A DNA stretch of 64,000 nucleotides, taken from NCBI GenBank assembly GCA_009602725.1, contig WELB01000019.1:435219-499218 (forward strand). Reading direction: 5' to 3'. Below, in pieces: positions 1-10,643 of the stretch. The stretch comes from Spirogloea muscicola. Lineage: Eukaryota. How positions within the stretch are numbered: the stretch's first letter is position 1; each line of letters starts with the position of its first letter. Position numbers and translations under genes: made by a program. The notes below the pieces were generated by a model that had not been told where the DNA came from, did no database searches, and worked only from the letters and a program-made list of their open reading frames with translations.

Positions 1-1736
1 CTGGCCGCCCGCGCGCCGCCGCCGGCGCTTCTGGCCGCGCGCACCGGCGCCACCGCCGTGGCGCTGGGGCGGCGCCTCTTCCTCTTCGGCGGCAAGAACC
101 CCACCACCGGCTTCGCCTGCAACGACGTCGCCGTCCTCGACTCTGGTCCGAGCCTCTCCAAGCCCCACCCCGCCTCCCCTCAACGCCTGGCTGCCCGCTG
201 AGCGCTGCTGCTGCTCCCCGCCTCTCCCCGCGCGCTCTCGCGGCAGTCTCCGGAGAATGGTCGTGGCCGACGACGGCCGGGCCTGGCCCGCCGCCCCTCC
301 ACTCGCATGCTGCGGCCGTGCAGCCTCCCGGCCGGATAGTCATCTTTGGCGGCTCCAGGTCCGCCTTTTGCAACCTTCCCCTCTCCCACTGCACGACACG
401 GTGGGGGATGCCGAGTCCGAGCGCGCCTGGACCGTCGTCTTTGCACATCCATTCCCCACCTGGCTTGTGCCCGTGCATCAGTGGCCCGCTCAGGATCCGC
501 TGGAATGCTGCGGCCACTGCACTGCCAGCGAACGGAGTCGGCTTTGGTCATACATTGCTTGCTCTGGAGCTCCCTCGGCTTGCCCTTGGCACGCAATGCT
601 GCGAAGCAGTGGGTAAAAGATTAGAGTTTGCATGGCAGCTGCTGACACACTGGCCCTGTTGGCATCTGGCCAGTGGTGGAGTCCTCAACAGCACAGTCTA
701 TGTCTTGGATACGGGTAATGTCTGACCACCAGCATAGCATCCTGATGCATCGTCCAGCACAAGAAACTCTCATTTAGCCAGTGCAGATGCGGAGCGTCCA
801 GATTGTTTACAGCTTACGACATGTCATGTTCCACCAGTCAGATGTTGTTCTGCCGTGTCCGCTCTGATCTAGTATCCCCCAACCTCCCCAGAAGCGCTGG
901 AGTGTGGATGCTTGATAGTCACTCGGTTTTTCAACAGAGAAGATGGAGTGGAGTCAGCCACCGGTGGCCGGGAAACCGCCCGAAGCTCGCGAAATGCACA
1001 CATTGACAGCAGTACAGCCTGACCGCCTGCTCATATTTGGGGGCCGCAACAAGCACGGGTGCATCCTGGATGATGCAACTCTCCTTGACACAGGTCAGTG
1101 TCACGGTGAAGAGTGCTGTATTGCCTCTGGCACAGAAATAAAGACCTGCCAGCCGCTTACACCCTGCAGCTGCCTGCATGTCTCAAGCAGTGGAAATGAG
1201 GTGGGAGGAGCGAAGGAGTACGTCAAGACCTACATGCGCTCACACGGCCGTCTACACTGGGAGTGGAGAGGTATTGATTTTTGGTGGCGTATCTGGGGGT
1301 GCGGTTACCAGCAATCTCCTCACAATCAACACCGGTAGGCAACAGATCAATCCACCTGGCACTTGATGAAGTTGAGCTGCCTTGCCGCCTCGAACATGCT
1401 GTCATCTTTCTAGGTTGCCTGTCTTTTCAGTATATGACGGGCCAAAAGATCATTGCAGATACTCTTGAAGTCCAAGCAGTGGAATACGGCTCTGCTGGCC
1501 TGGATGGGAACCTGGACAAGCCAGCTCCACGCTTCGGACATGCAGCTGCAAGAATACCATTCTTTGTGCAATGCCCATCAGCTCGGGTGAGCGACGCCGC
1601 TGGGGATAGCACTCCATCTATGACGGAAGGAAAAATGGAGAAGCGGTGGATGATGGTGGTATTTGGGGGCGTCAATTCAAGTGAAGACTTGGGAGATGTA
1701 GCAATTTGGGACCCGAAGGGCATGGCTGTAGCGTGA
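1..1736 (+). CDS. Kelch-repeat protein, multi-exon, 5' end outside the window
   Basis: Repeated Kelch motifs across GT-AG exons: ARTGATAVALGRRLFLFGG, PEAREMHTLTAVQPDRLLIFGG, AHTAVYTGSGEVLIFGG and PAPRFGHAAA...MMVVFGGVNSSEDLGDVAIWD. Stop at 1734-1736. Confidence 0.8.
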
Positions 1737-2133
1737 ACTACAGCACATGCATCACCAATCCGCCCTTGGCCTTTTGGAAAGAGCTGTGGGCATTAGATTG
1801 CAGTAAACCTCCATTGCGGGTCTGCTTGACTCCCGAGTCTCTGGCTGCTTAATTGGTGTAGTCAAGCAGACAGCTAGAGTTTCACAGGCTTGACCTAGAT
1901 ATGATGATGCTTGGTACGCAGGCTCACTGTTCCTCCCTTTAGCATGCTATTACTACTGATGTAGCTGCTGGTCTGAGCAACCTGTCTCACTGGACTTAAT
2001 TTGTACAAAATTAGAGTCTTCACTAATCAACAAATAACCTATTGCAACCAGGTTGGTCAACAATACAACCCCACATGAATGTGAGGCAAAGAATAAGGCA
2101 ATAAAAGAATGGAGCCAGGCGCCTCAAGGAGTA

Positions 2134-5100
2134 TCATGCGTCCATAATTCTTGTAAAAAAGTAAAGGTAACCCATGTCCTTGGGAGGGTCTGAAGAGACG
2201 GCAACTTTTGAATCGTTGAATAGCACCCACTTGTCCTCTTTGCGAACATGGCACACGTAGTGTCCACACTGTGTAGATGTACCCATGTGACTAATAAAAG
2301 CAAGCAATCTGTACCCTGCATCAGAAGGAGTAATTTGTCAGGCAATTTAAAACTTGCAAGTACCACATCCCATCATTACCACAAAGAATTGAGAACACCT
2401 GAGCGACTTACGGCCGGGTCCATCGGGCAGGTCTCCATGTGACGCTGCTGGTCTTGTAAGTGGGGAGTCCTTGCTACTCTCCAATTGTAAGTCCAATTGT
2501 GAGGCCTCCTCAGGGTGACCGAATATCCATTCTGCAGCTCGCTCAACATCCCCCTCCTGCAGCCGACGATTGCATCAGCATGCCCTGGGATACTATTTCG
2601 CCTCGCCCAGGCAGAGTCATATACCACTAACTGCATTTTGGGAATGCTGGGAATCTTACCATGGTTTGCAATGCGTGCTTAGCCACAGCCGACGAGAACC
2701 CAAGTGACAGAAGCACAGCTACTTTCCCATCAAGCTGATCATTCGTCTCCACTTCTGTTGGCCGCTCGACCTCTTCCATGTCTGTCATACAAGGCTGCAG
2801 CGTGTAACACGGTCTTGCACATTGCTCTGCCTGTGCTTCAGAGTGCAGCTACACTTGCAATGTGATGCAACTGCAAGTGAAGCGGCAGGACATGAAGTAC
2901 TCCGAGTTTGTCACCTGCATCGTCCATGTGAGCAAGGAGCCAATTCATTGCTTCTTCTGCTCCAACATTGTTGGTGCTGGTTGCTGCCCTTAAACACCGA
3001 CTCCTAGGGAATCCCATCTCGATGAGCTGCTCCACTATGTGATCATCAGCAACAGGCTCGGCTGTGCTGGCTACACCGCCACCTGTAATTTCAGTCAAAA
3101 GAAGCACGGCGTCTTCTTAAGATGAGAAAGAACCGGTCCCTTGTCTAGTGCAGGGCCAGGATGTGCACGACTGCAATGCCACTAATTGCTGAGGCCGCAT
3201 GGCAGCCAATGGGAAAGCTCAAGCACCAGTTTCATCCTCGGGCAGGAGCTCCTCCTCAGGTTGCTGACCGCTGCTACGCAGCTGGCTGATGTCAATCTCC
3301 TCTGGCACCTCAACGAACACATCTGCAAGCAACTTGTTGATCAAGTTTGTAAGCTAGAAGCTTGCTTTCTCCCATTTCACCAAGCAAGATGCATGCAGGA
3401 GCACTGGGCAGCACACTCCTGATACATCTGAATGAACATGCATGTCGAGTCCTCACCAAGCTTCCTGGGTACCCAGCCCTTGTCAAGTACGAACTTGACA
3501 TGTGCAAGACCAAGTATTCAGGGAAGGTGGCTAGGCGGGTTGTCCTGCACACAAACATCCAGGCCATGTTATTAGGACTAGATATTTCTGGTCCAGATGC
3601 AGCATTTTGATACAGCAGCAATGCAAGAGGAGTGTGTGACCCGTACTTTGTGGCAGTTGTGCAGCCTCTGATGGCTGAGCTGTAGAAATTATGGATCTCC
3701 TCTTCTCCAGCGAATGATGCCAGGCATGCAGCCAGTGGCACTCGAGGCCGCACTATCTCGCCCTCCTTGCTGCATGACCAACCCCCGATGAAGTAAAAAT
3801 CTTAGATGCTGCCCTCCAGAGGTATGTACTCTTTCACAGTGGACCTGCTCGTGCTGCATGCTAGAATCAAAATGTCACCATCCTTGTCACTTTACTTGAG
3901 ACGTACATTTTGAGGCCTGCAGCATCTGCTGTGGCTTTCCTCACTTCGTAAGCAGCAACTTCACCTGCAAGTACCGACGCTCATAATCTTGGCTTTCACA
4001 ATCAAGCCTGGTCCCTGGCAAGCACGACTCTCCTGGTTACGGTTACAAGCAGGGTAGTCCTCAAACATCGGCGAAGCTGTAATAAGCGGAAAGGGGACTG
4101 GAATGACCTTTATTTGTGGCCTGGTCAAGCGGAATGGGGAGAGACAGCGTGTTGTCGCTCCGATGCAGGTATTTGACCTTCCCTGATGCCAAGCATTGAA
4201 TCCTGTCCTCGACAAGGAAGCGGAAGCTCCTGGAGGGGTCGCTTCTAGGTTGACTCGCATGAGCTTATTCAACTTTCTCCAGCAGGTACTGGTAATACTC
4301 GAATGCATCCTGCAAGCAACAGGTGGTGCAAGCAACAGGTGGTGCACACGCTTGTGACCTGGCGACATGGCTGAAGCCAAAGTCTGGTCAAGGAGAACCA
4401 AGATAGATATCTCAAATCCTGCAGACAAGAGGGTCTCCTCAGAGACGCTGATGGCAACTGTTGCTGAGCCTGTCTACTTGCCTGCTGGCGGCTGCTGGCG
4501 AATTCAGGGTGTCCTGCTCCGACAAGGCTCTTCAGCATGCGGGGGGGGATACCAGACTGGACCTGCAAGTGACAAGCTGATACATGCATTCACACAAAGC
4601 TAAAAGGTGACAGCCGCTGTAGAAAATGACATGCACGACAGATTGATGCAAGCGGGTGCCATGCGGCAGTCATGCTGTCCTGCAGGCCAACCATAGCAGA
4701 CCGAGTAACTCACGACGTGTTCATTGTCTATGAAGTGGCTTCCTATGGCAAGTCCCTCGCTTGCCGAGAACTCCTGCCTCACCACAAACTCCTGCCTCAA
4801 CACAACAGATCAGACCAAATTGCAGCAGTTATAGTCCAAGTCACAGGCCCGTTAAAGAAGGCAAGTAAAGCTATGTGCAAAGGCTAAAAGGGTACTCATG
4901 CCAAGAGAGCCAAGGGACTGGGTGATGCACCTTCTTGGAGGTTTGAGAATATCTGCCAGAGAGCAATCCATGCCCAAGCTTAGCCCTGCAAACAAACAGG
5001 GAGAATGGATTTGCCAGCTTCAAATCCTGCCCTGAGACCCGGCCGTGTATGTAGAGAGTACCACCCAATGTGGTTACATCGCATAGAACCAAGTCAGTGA

Positions 5101-7238
5101 ACATGACATCTGCAGATGCAACTCACATCTGAGCGTTGAAGTTCATGGTCGGATCAGCACCAGCACCCTTGAAGGCATCATGAAGTGGAAGAAGGTCGAC
5201 ATAGCTGCAACCACAGCAGGTCAGCACTCTTGTTGTCAATATCAGACTTGGCGCAGTGACATGTCACCTCATTCTGGAAGCATGTGATCTTAGCATCCAA
5301 GCTCTGTGCCCCTAGCGCCTGTATCCCCACAGTTTCGACCTTGGCTACTGCTCTTGGACTCTTTTGTGAAGGATGATCCTGCCAGGCAGTCTGATGCCAA
5401 ACTTCACATACTGCTCCTGGAAGCCACGTGTGCTGAATAAGATTTGCATGACGGATGCCAGATAACAGCTGAATACAAGACCACACGTGAAGGGGGACAA
5501 CCTTGAGGTCAGCAATGGGATGCATGACTTTCAGGCTCACACAAATTCCAGCTCAGCAGCAGGCACTTCGTTCTGCCCTCAGTGTCGAGTCACAGACATA
5601 CCTGTTGCCAAGATTAGCCAAGCCAGTGTACCCTGGGCCAGACAGAAGTTCCAGGTTCCTGCCATTCTCTTGTAGTCGGTTCCAGTCGAAATTTAGGTTC
5701 TGATCAAGCTCTCGCTCTGCTGTCGTCATCTCCGTCTGCCCACATCAGCAACCTCAAGTGGTATAAGTCACCTCAGCTCAGTAGTATGCCAAAAGGGTGA
5801 AAGGCCTGCAACTCTCAAAGCCTCAGCACTGAGACCTGCTGAGAATAAATGAAAGCTACTTTCATCCGCTGCAGACTATCCAGGATCACTGCACCTTCTC
5901 GAGGGAGGAGAAGTCAATGCCAAAATGTGCGAGATGCTGAGCCAACAGCGGATCCACAACGGCGTCGTCCTCCGGGTACGAGCAGACATCTGCCCGTGAG
6001 AAACGAGCGAGCCTGAATCATATGCTGGCAATAGCGTCCAGGGCCCTGATGCAGCGCATGCAACAGATAACAGGCTCCCATGAGCCATGCGAGACGTGGA
6101 GGGTGGCAGCTGCACCAGCAGCATCAAGGTCGGCGGTGATAATGCCAAGCTTCACAGCCAGCAGGTGCTTGGTGGCTTCATAGTGCTCCACAGCATGGTT
6201 GTTGCCACCGGTGCCATCCCAGTTGCGACGCCCACAGAGGACCGCGCCATCTGAGAGGTTGAGCCACAGGTTGTCCCGCTGGTCGCAGCGGCAGCACTGC
6301 CACCCGCTGGGCCCGACCTTGACGCCGTTGTCCAGCTGCTTGAGGCTGGCCACGTAAGCGCTTACCTTCTTCTTGTCAGCGGCCCATGCAGAGACCTGTG
6401 CCTTGCGCTCTGCTCCTGGCGCTGCCAGCACAGCCTCAACTGCCATCCTCACCTGGGGCGCCCGCAGGCACGCAGGTCAGACGCCACCCCCCTGAGGCGG
6501 CCCATGGCAGCGAGCAAGGTGCTGATTTCGGGTTAATGTTCAGTTGAAGCGCTGACCTTCTCCGGCAGCTCTGGGCTGGGGAAGGGCAGCTCCTGGAAGT
6601 CTGGGAGGAGCACGATGCTGAGAGTCGTGTCGAGCTCGGGCTCCTGGGAGTTGAAGCCACCCTCCACGCCTGTACCACGGCACCCTCCGCGGGAGCTGGC
6701 TCACGAACTCTACGCAGTGGCCAGAGTCGCGGGGAGGGGGAAGGGGCTGGCACTGAGCACGCATGGTGCGTGGGGCCTCGGAAGGGTGCAAGTGGCGAAG
6801 CTGGCGGAGCTCACCGATGGCCAGCAGCGTCGGCTTTTGGGCGGCGGGCTCAAGGTCGGCGGGGGTGGCTGGCGGCCGGGCGGTCTGCCGGATGCACAGG
6901 TACACGCGGTGGCCGGTCTTGTCGACATTCCAGGCCACAAAGTCCCGCCCGAACGCCAGGAAGGACGCGAGGTCCACGAACAGGCCGCCTGGCGACCGCT
7001 GCAGACGCGGGCGAGCGCAGGCCCGTCACCACGGGGGCAAGGGCGAGGAGGAGGGTGGCCCTGCCAGGACCCGGCAGGGGGGCGCAGCGTAGAGTGCTTG
7101 GCCACGCACAGGCGTGTCGAAGGAGATGCAGCACTCCTCCTTGAAGACGCGGGACATGGCGTCGGGCAGGTTGACGTGCGGGAGCTGTTGCCGCAGCGCC
7201 TCCAGCACCGCCGCGGAGGGCGGCGGCGCGGGCGCCAT
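2134..7238 (-). CDS. UBP14: Ubiquitin C-terminal hydrolase 14 (USP5/isopeptidase T family), multi-exon, with an apparent 1-bp frameshift at about 3508
   Basis: ZnF-UBP (NLWLNLSDGAVLCGRRNWDGTGGNNHAVEHY), Cys box (GPGYTGLANLGN/SCYLASVMQ), two UBA domains (EQLIEMGFPRSRCLRA; LLSLGFSSAVAKHAL..DVERAAEWIF) and His box (ISHMGTSTQCGHYVCH...FNDSKV...DMGYLYFF). ATG at 7238, stop at 2134-2136. Confidence 0.93.
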
Positions 7239-7298
7239 GGCGCTCGCGGGGGAGGCAGATGAAGGCGGCCTGTGGGTGGGTTCACCTCGCCATCTGCA

Positions 7299-7593
7299 GC
7301 CCAGATGGGTATGCCGGCAGCCTATCTGTCATTTCTGCGACGTCGAGTGTCAACCTGTCTGCAACGAGCTCAGGCGTATGCTCTGCATCAGAAAGCTGGT
7401 CGAGCCTTAGCTGCTGGCACAAGAGCTAGTCAATTGCCGTCCGGTATTCGAGCGTCAGCTAGCGACCTCTATGTGCTGACTCGTGGTTACTGAGCGGGTC
7501 AGCTTAGCAGCAGGTGACGTACATTTGTCCAATGTGCTTGCCTTTGTACTTGGCCACACATGGCCTCCCCATCTCTTAATATACACGCATTTT
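7299..7593 (+). mobile_element. 5'-truncated RLE-type non-LTR retrotransposon copy (subfamily 1) with a 9-bp TSD
   Basis: Encodes AAYLSFLRRRVSTCLQRAQAYALHQKAGRAL...SDLYVLTRGY* plus a 3' UTR ending TACACGCATTTT. Flanked by CCATCTGCA at 7290-7298 and 7594-7602, about 60 bp upstream of the UBP14 ATG. Confidence 0.85.
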
Positions 7594-7689
7594 CCATCTG
7601 CATTGTCGTGGGATGCCGTCGTGGGATTGGCGACAAAAGAGGCTCTTCTAGAGAGTAGGCCCGCGGTGCGCATGAAAGGAGAAAAGGAC

Positions 7690-7718
7690 CAAAGCGGCTG
7701 CTGATGTTAAAGAATCGA
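7690..7718 (-). mobile_element. Extreme 3' terminus of a subfamily-4 element
   Basis: Minus strand reads GATTCTTTAACATCAGCAGCCGCTTT, matching the 3' ends at about 21960-21985 and 22286-22311. Confidence 0.6.
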
Positions 7719-7740
7719 AAAAAGAAAAATGCGGCTGCTG

Positions 7741-8513
7741 AAAAAGAACTCCGTGTATAAGCACAAATGTAAGCCAATGGCCAAGTACTAAGGCAAGCAC
7801 ATCTGAAGATCTACATGACCTACAGCAGATTGACCCGCTCAATAACCACGGGTCAAAACATAGAGGTCACTAATCGATGCATGAACACTAGATGCCAGAA
7901 ACGGAGCCCTTCTGCCACCAACTAGAGCTCGCCCAGCTTTCTGGTACAAGGCACTAGCCTGAGCACGCTGCAAACAGGCCGAAACTCGTCGTCGCAAGAG
8001 CGACAGATATGCAGCTGGCAAGCCCATCTCAGCCGGAAACACATCTGCACGTCGAGAGTAGCCTAGATTGGCAATGTGTTCAAGGTGCGTGTGGAAACGA
8101 GGACCCAGTCAGCCATAGATGTCGATTGCCGCTGGCAGGAGCTGATCGCATTGGGGGTAATCGGAGTAGTGCCGCAATTTCCTTTGTTCTGCACCGCCCA
8201 CTGCATGCCCAGCGATGTGTGTCGATGCTGGGCCCTCAAGTGTGCGGCGATGATGACGTCCCTGGGCGTCGGTGGTGATAGGCATGATGTTGTTGACTTC
8301 CACGACTACTCGTTAGCCGGCGTCGCGCATCAAGCCCGCCAGGGCATCGCGAAGGAGGTTGTGAATGCCCACCAAGGGAAGGGTGGCCACATTAAGCCGT
8401 CTTCCAAAGGGGTCGATGGCCGTGCGAGGCCAAGAGGAAACAGCTGGTCCATTGTAAGGCAAGAAATATGTAGAGGCGCTGTGCACATAGAAGAGGCCAA
8501 ATTTAATATTCAA
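7741..8513 (-). mobile_element. Longest retroelement remnant: degenerate RLE domain plus C-terminus plus 3' UTR (subfamily 1)
   Basis: ORF pieces 8313-8513, 8109-8303 and 7839-8042 lie in one frame broken by two stops: AIDPFG...IHNLLRDALAGLMRDAG*RVVVEV...AEQRKLRHYSD...LLPAAIDIYG*LG...RRRVSACLQRAQA...TRGY*. This is the motif order of the C-terminal RLE of CRE-like non-LTR elements. Confidence 0.8.
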
Positions 8514-8539
8514 GCCATTTGCACTGTAGGAGGCCAGCG

Positions 8540-8610
8540 GGAAATATCGTGTATTTGAAAACGAAGGCCAATATGGCCAAGTACAAAGGCAAGCACATCT
8601 AATGACGTAG
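8540..8610 (-). mobile_element. 3' UTR-only fragment of a subfamily-1 element
   Basis: Minus strand AGATGTGCTTGCCTTTGTACTTGGCC...TACACGATATTT matches the UTRs at 7530-7590 and 10557-10617. Confidence 0.7.
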
Positions 8611-8619
8611 CAGCTAGCT

Positions 8620-9180
8620 ACTAGCAGCTCCTGGAGCTGCTAGAAGATAGTGCGGACAAATTGACTGATAGAGGAGTGGGGCAGCAGCAGTGGCAGGAGG
8701 AATGGAGGGTGGGGGGAAAGAGGGCCGGAAGTGCCAAGTGCGGCGTTGTTGACCTGTCCTGCTGGAGCTGCTAGAGGAGTGGGGCAGCAGTAGTAGCAGG
8801 AGGGATGGCAGGGGGGGAAAGGAGAGCCGAAAGTGCCGATGAGGGCATTGACGACCTGGCCTGGCAGCAGTAGCAGGAGGAGGGAGGGGGGGGGGGGGAA
8901 AGGAGGGCCGGCTGCTAGAGGGGTGAGACAGCAGGAGTGGCAGGAGGAATGGAGGGGTGGGGGGTGGAAGAGGGCTGGAAGTGCCGATTGGGGCCTTGTC
9001 GACCTGTCCTGCTGGAGCTGCTAGAGGAGGAGTGAGGCAGCAGCAGTAGCAGGAGGGATGGCAGGGGGGGGAGGAGGGCCAGAAATGCCGATGGAGGCCC
9101 TGTCGACCCGTCCTGCGTCCGCTTCTGGGGCTGCTGGAGGAGTGGGAGGCAGCAGCTGTGGCAGGAGGGTGGCAGGGGTA
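8620..9180. repeat. Degenerate G-rich minisatellite, about 5 units of 103-143 bp
   Basis: Units starting GAGG(A/G)GTG at about 8671, 8774, 8917, 9027 and 9137 share GGCAGGAGG and, in several units, GAAGTGCC and GACCTGTCCTGCTGGAGCTGCTA blocks. Confidence 0.75.
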
Positions 9181-9312
9181 GGAAGAAGGTGCTCGCCCAT
9201 TGAGAAGAGGGGCTGGCAAAGCCAACCCAAAAAGAATGGACAATGTTCAAAGCCAAAGAAAGAGGTGCTGAAAAAGGACTACACTACAAAGTGCAAGATG
9301 GTGCAGAGGGAG
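9181..9312 (-). mobile_element. 3' UTR of a subfamily-2 element, running into an assembly gap
   Basis: About 131 bp identical to 58336-58466 except for one base. The 58 kb copy is preceded by LLLLTRGY*. Confidence 0.8.
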
Positions 9313-10053
9313 NNNNNNNNNNNNNNNNNNNNNNNNNNNNNNNNNNNNNNNNNNNNNNNNNNNNNNNNNNNNNNNNNNNNNNNNNNNNNNNNNNNNNNNN
9401 NNNNNNNNNNNNNNNNNNNNNNNNNNNNNNNNNNNNNNNNNNNNNNNNNNNNNNNNNNNNNNNNNNNNNNNNNNNNNNNNNNNNNNNNNNNNNNNNNNNN
9501 NNNNNNNNNNNNNNNNNNNNNNNNNNNNNNNNNNNNNNNNNNNNNNNNNNNNNNNNNNNNNNNNNNNNNNNNNNNNNNNNNNNNNNNNNNNNNNNNNNNN
9601 NNNNNNNNNNNNNNNNNNNNNNNNNNNNNNNNNNNNNNNNNNNNNNNNNNNNNNNNNNNNNNNNNNNNNNNNNNNNNNNNNNNNNNNNNNNNNNNNNNNN
9701 NNNNNNNNNNNNNNNNNNNNNNNNNNNNNNNNNNNNNNNNNNNNNNNNNNNNNNNNNNNNNNNNNNNNNNNNNNNNNNNNNNNNNNNNNNNNNNNNNNNN
9801 NNNNNNNNNNNNNNNNNNNNNNNNNNNNNNNNNNNNNNNNNNNNNNNNNNNNNNNNNNNNNNNNNNNNNNNNNNNNNNNNNNNNNNNNNNNNNNNNNNNN
9901 NNNNNNNNNNNNNNNNNNNNNNNNNNNNNNNNNNNNNNNNNNNNNNNNNNNNNNNNNNNNNNNNNNNNNNNNNNNNNNNNNNNNNNNNNNNNNNNNNNNN
10001 NNNNNNNNNNNNNNNNNNNNNNNNNNNNNNNNNNNNNNNNNNNNNNNNNNNNN

Positions 10054-10341
10054 GATGGGCTTGCCAGCTGCATATCTGTCGCTCTTGCGACGTCGAGTTT
10101 CGGCCTGTTTGCAGCGTGCTCAGGCTAGTGCCTTGCACCAGAAAGCTGGGCGAGCTCTAGTAGGTGGCAGAAGGGCTCCGTTCCTGGCATCTAGTATTCA
10201 TGCATCGAGTAGTGACCTTTATGTTTTGACCCGTGGTTATTGAGCGGGTCAATCTGCTGTAGGTTATGTAGATTTTGAGATGTGCTTGCCATTGTACCTG
10301 GCCATTTGGCCTACATTTCTTTCTAATACACGATCTTTTTT
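10054..10341 (+). mobile_element. Subfamily-1 element emerging from an assembly gap
   Basis: MGLPAAYLSLLRRRVSACLQRAQASALHQKAGRAL...SDLYVLTRGY* plus UTR ending TACACGATCTTTTTT. Nearly identical to 7741-8042. Confidence 0.85.
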
Positions 10342-10411
10342 GCAGTTCCCGGCCCATTGGAATTATAATGCGTGGGTGGGGGCCCGGCCGACCGAGTGGC
10401 CGGCGAAGGCT

Positions 10412-10643
10412 TATCATTCTTTCTTGGGCTGGCTTGTCCAGCCCCTATCCTCTGCTCCGCTCCTGGCATCTAGTATTCATGCATCGAGTAGTGACCTTCA
10501 TGTTTTGACCCGTGGTTATTGAGCGGGTCAATCTGCTGTAGGTTATGTAGATCTTTAGATGTGCTTGCCTTTGTACCTGGCCATTTGGCCTACATCTCTT
10601 TCCAATACACGGTCTTTTATCCTCGGTGGGCGAGCCCTTTCTC
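10412..10643 (+). mobile_element. Subfamily-1 copy (10453-10617) nested inside the terminal motif of another element
   Basis: Host motif TTGGGCTGGCTTGTCCAGCCCCTATCCTC|GGTGGGCGAGCCCTTTCTC is split, with TATCCTC duplicated at 10446-10452 and 10618-10624. Confidence 0.85.

Noticed and set aside
6540..7285. Many overlapping Arg/Pro/Gly-rich ORFs in GC-rich 5' regions
   Set aside because: They are shadow frames caused by stop-codon scarcity at high GC and overlap real first exons.
7272..7493. Repeated 60-70 aa ...TRGY ORFs as a small-peptide gene family
   Set aside because: They have variable 5' truncation, TSDs and in-frame linkage to a decayed RLE domain, so they are retroelement C-termini.
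9058..10160. Long ORFs in the track that span N-gaps (also at 28-29, 39-40, 46-47 and 58-59 kb)
   Set aside because: They are open only because Ns contain no stop codons.
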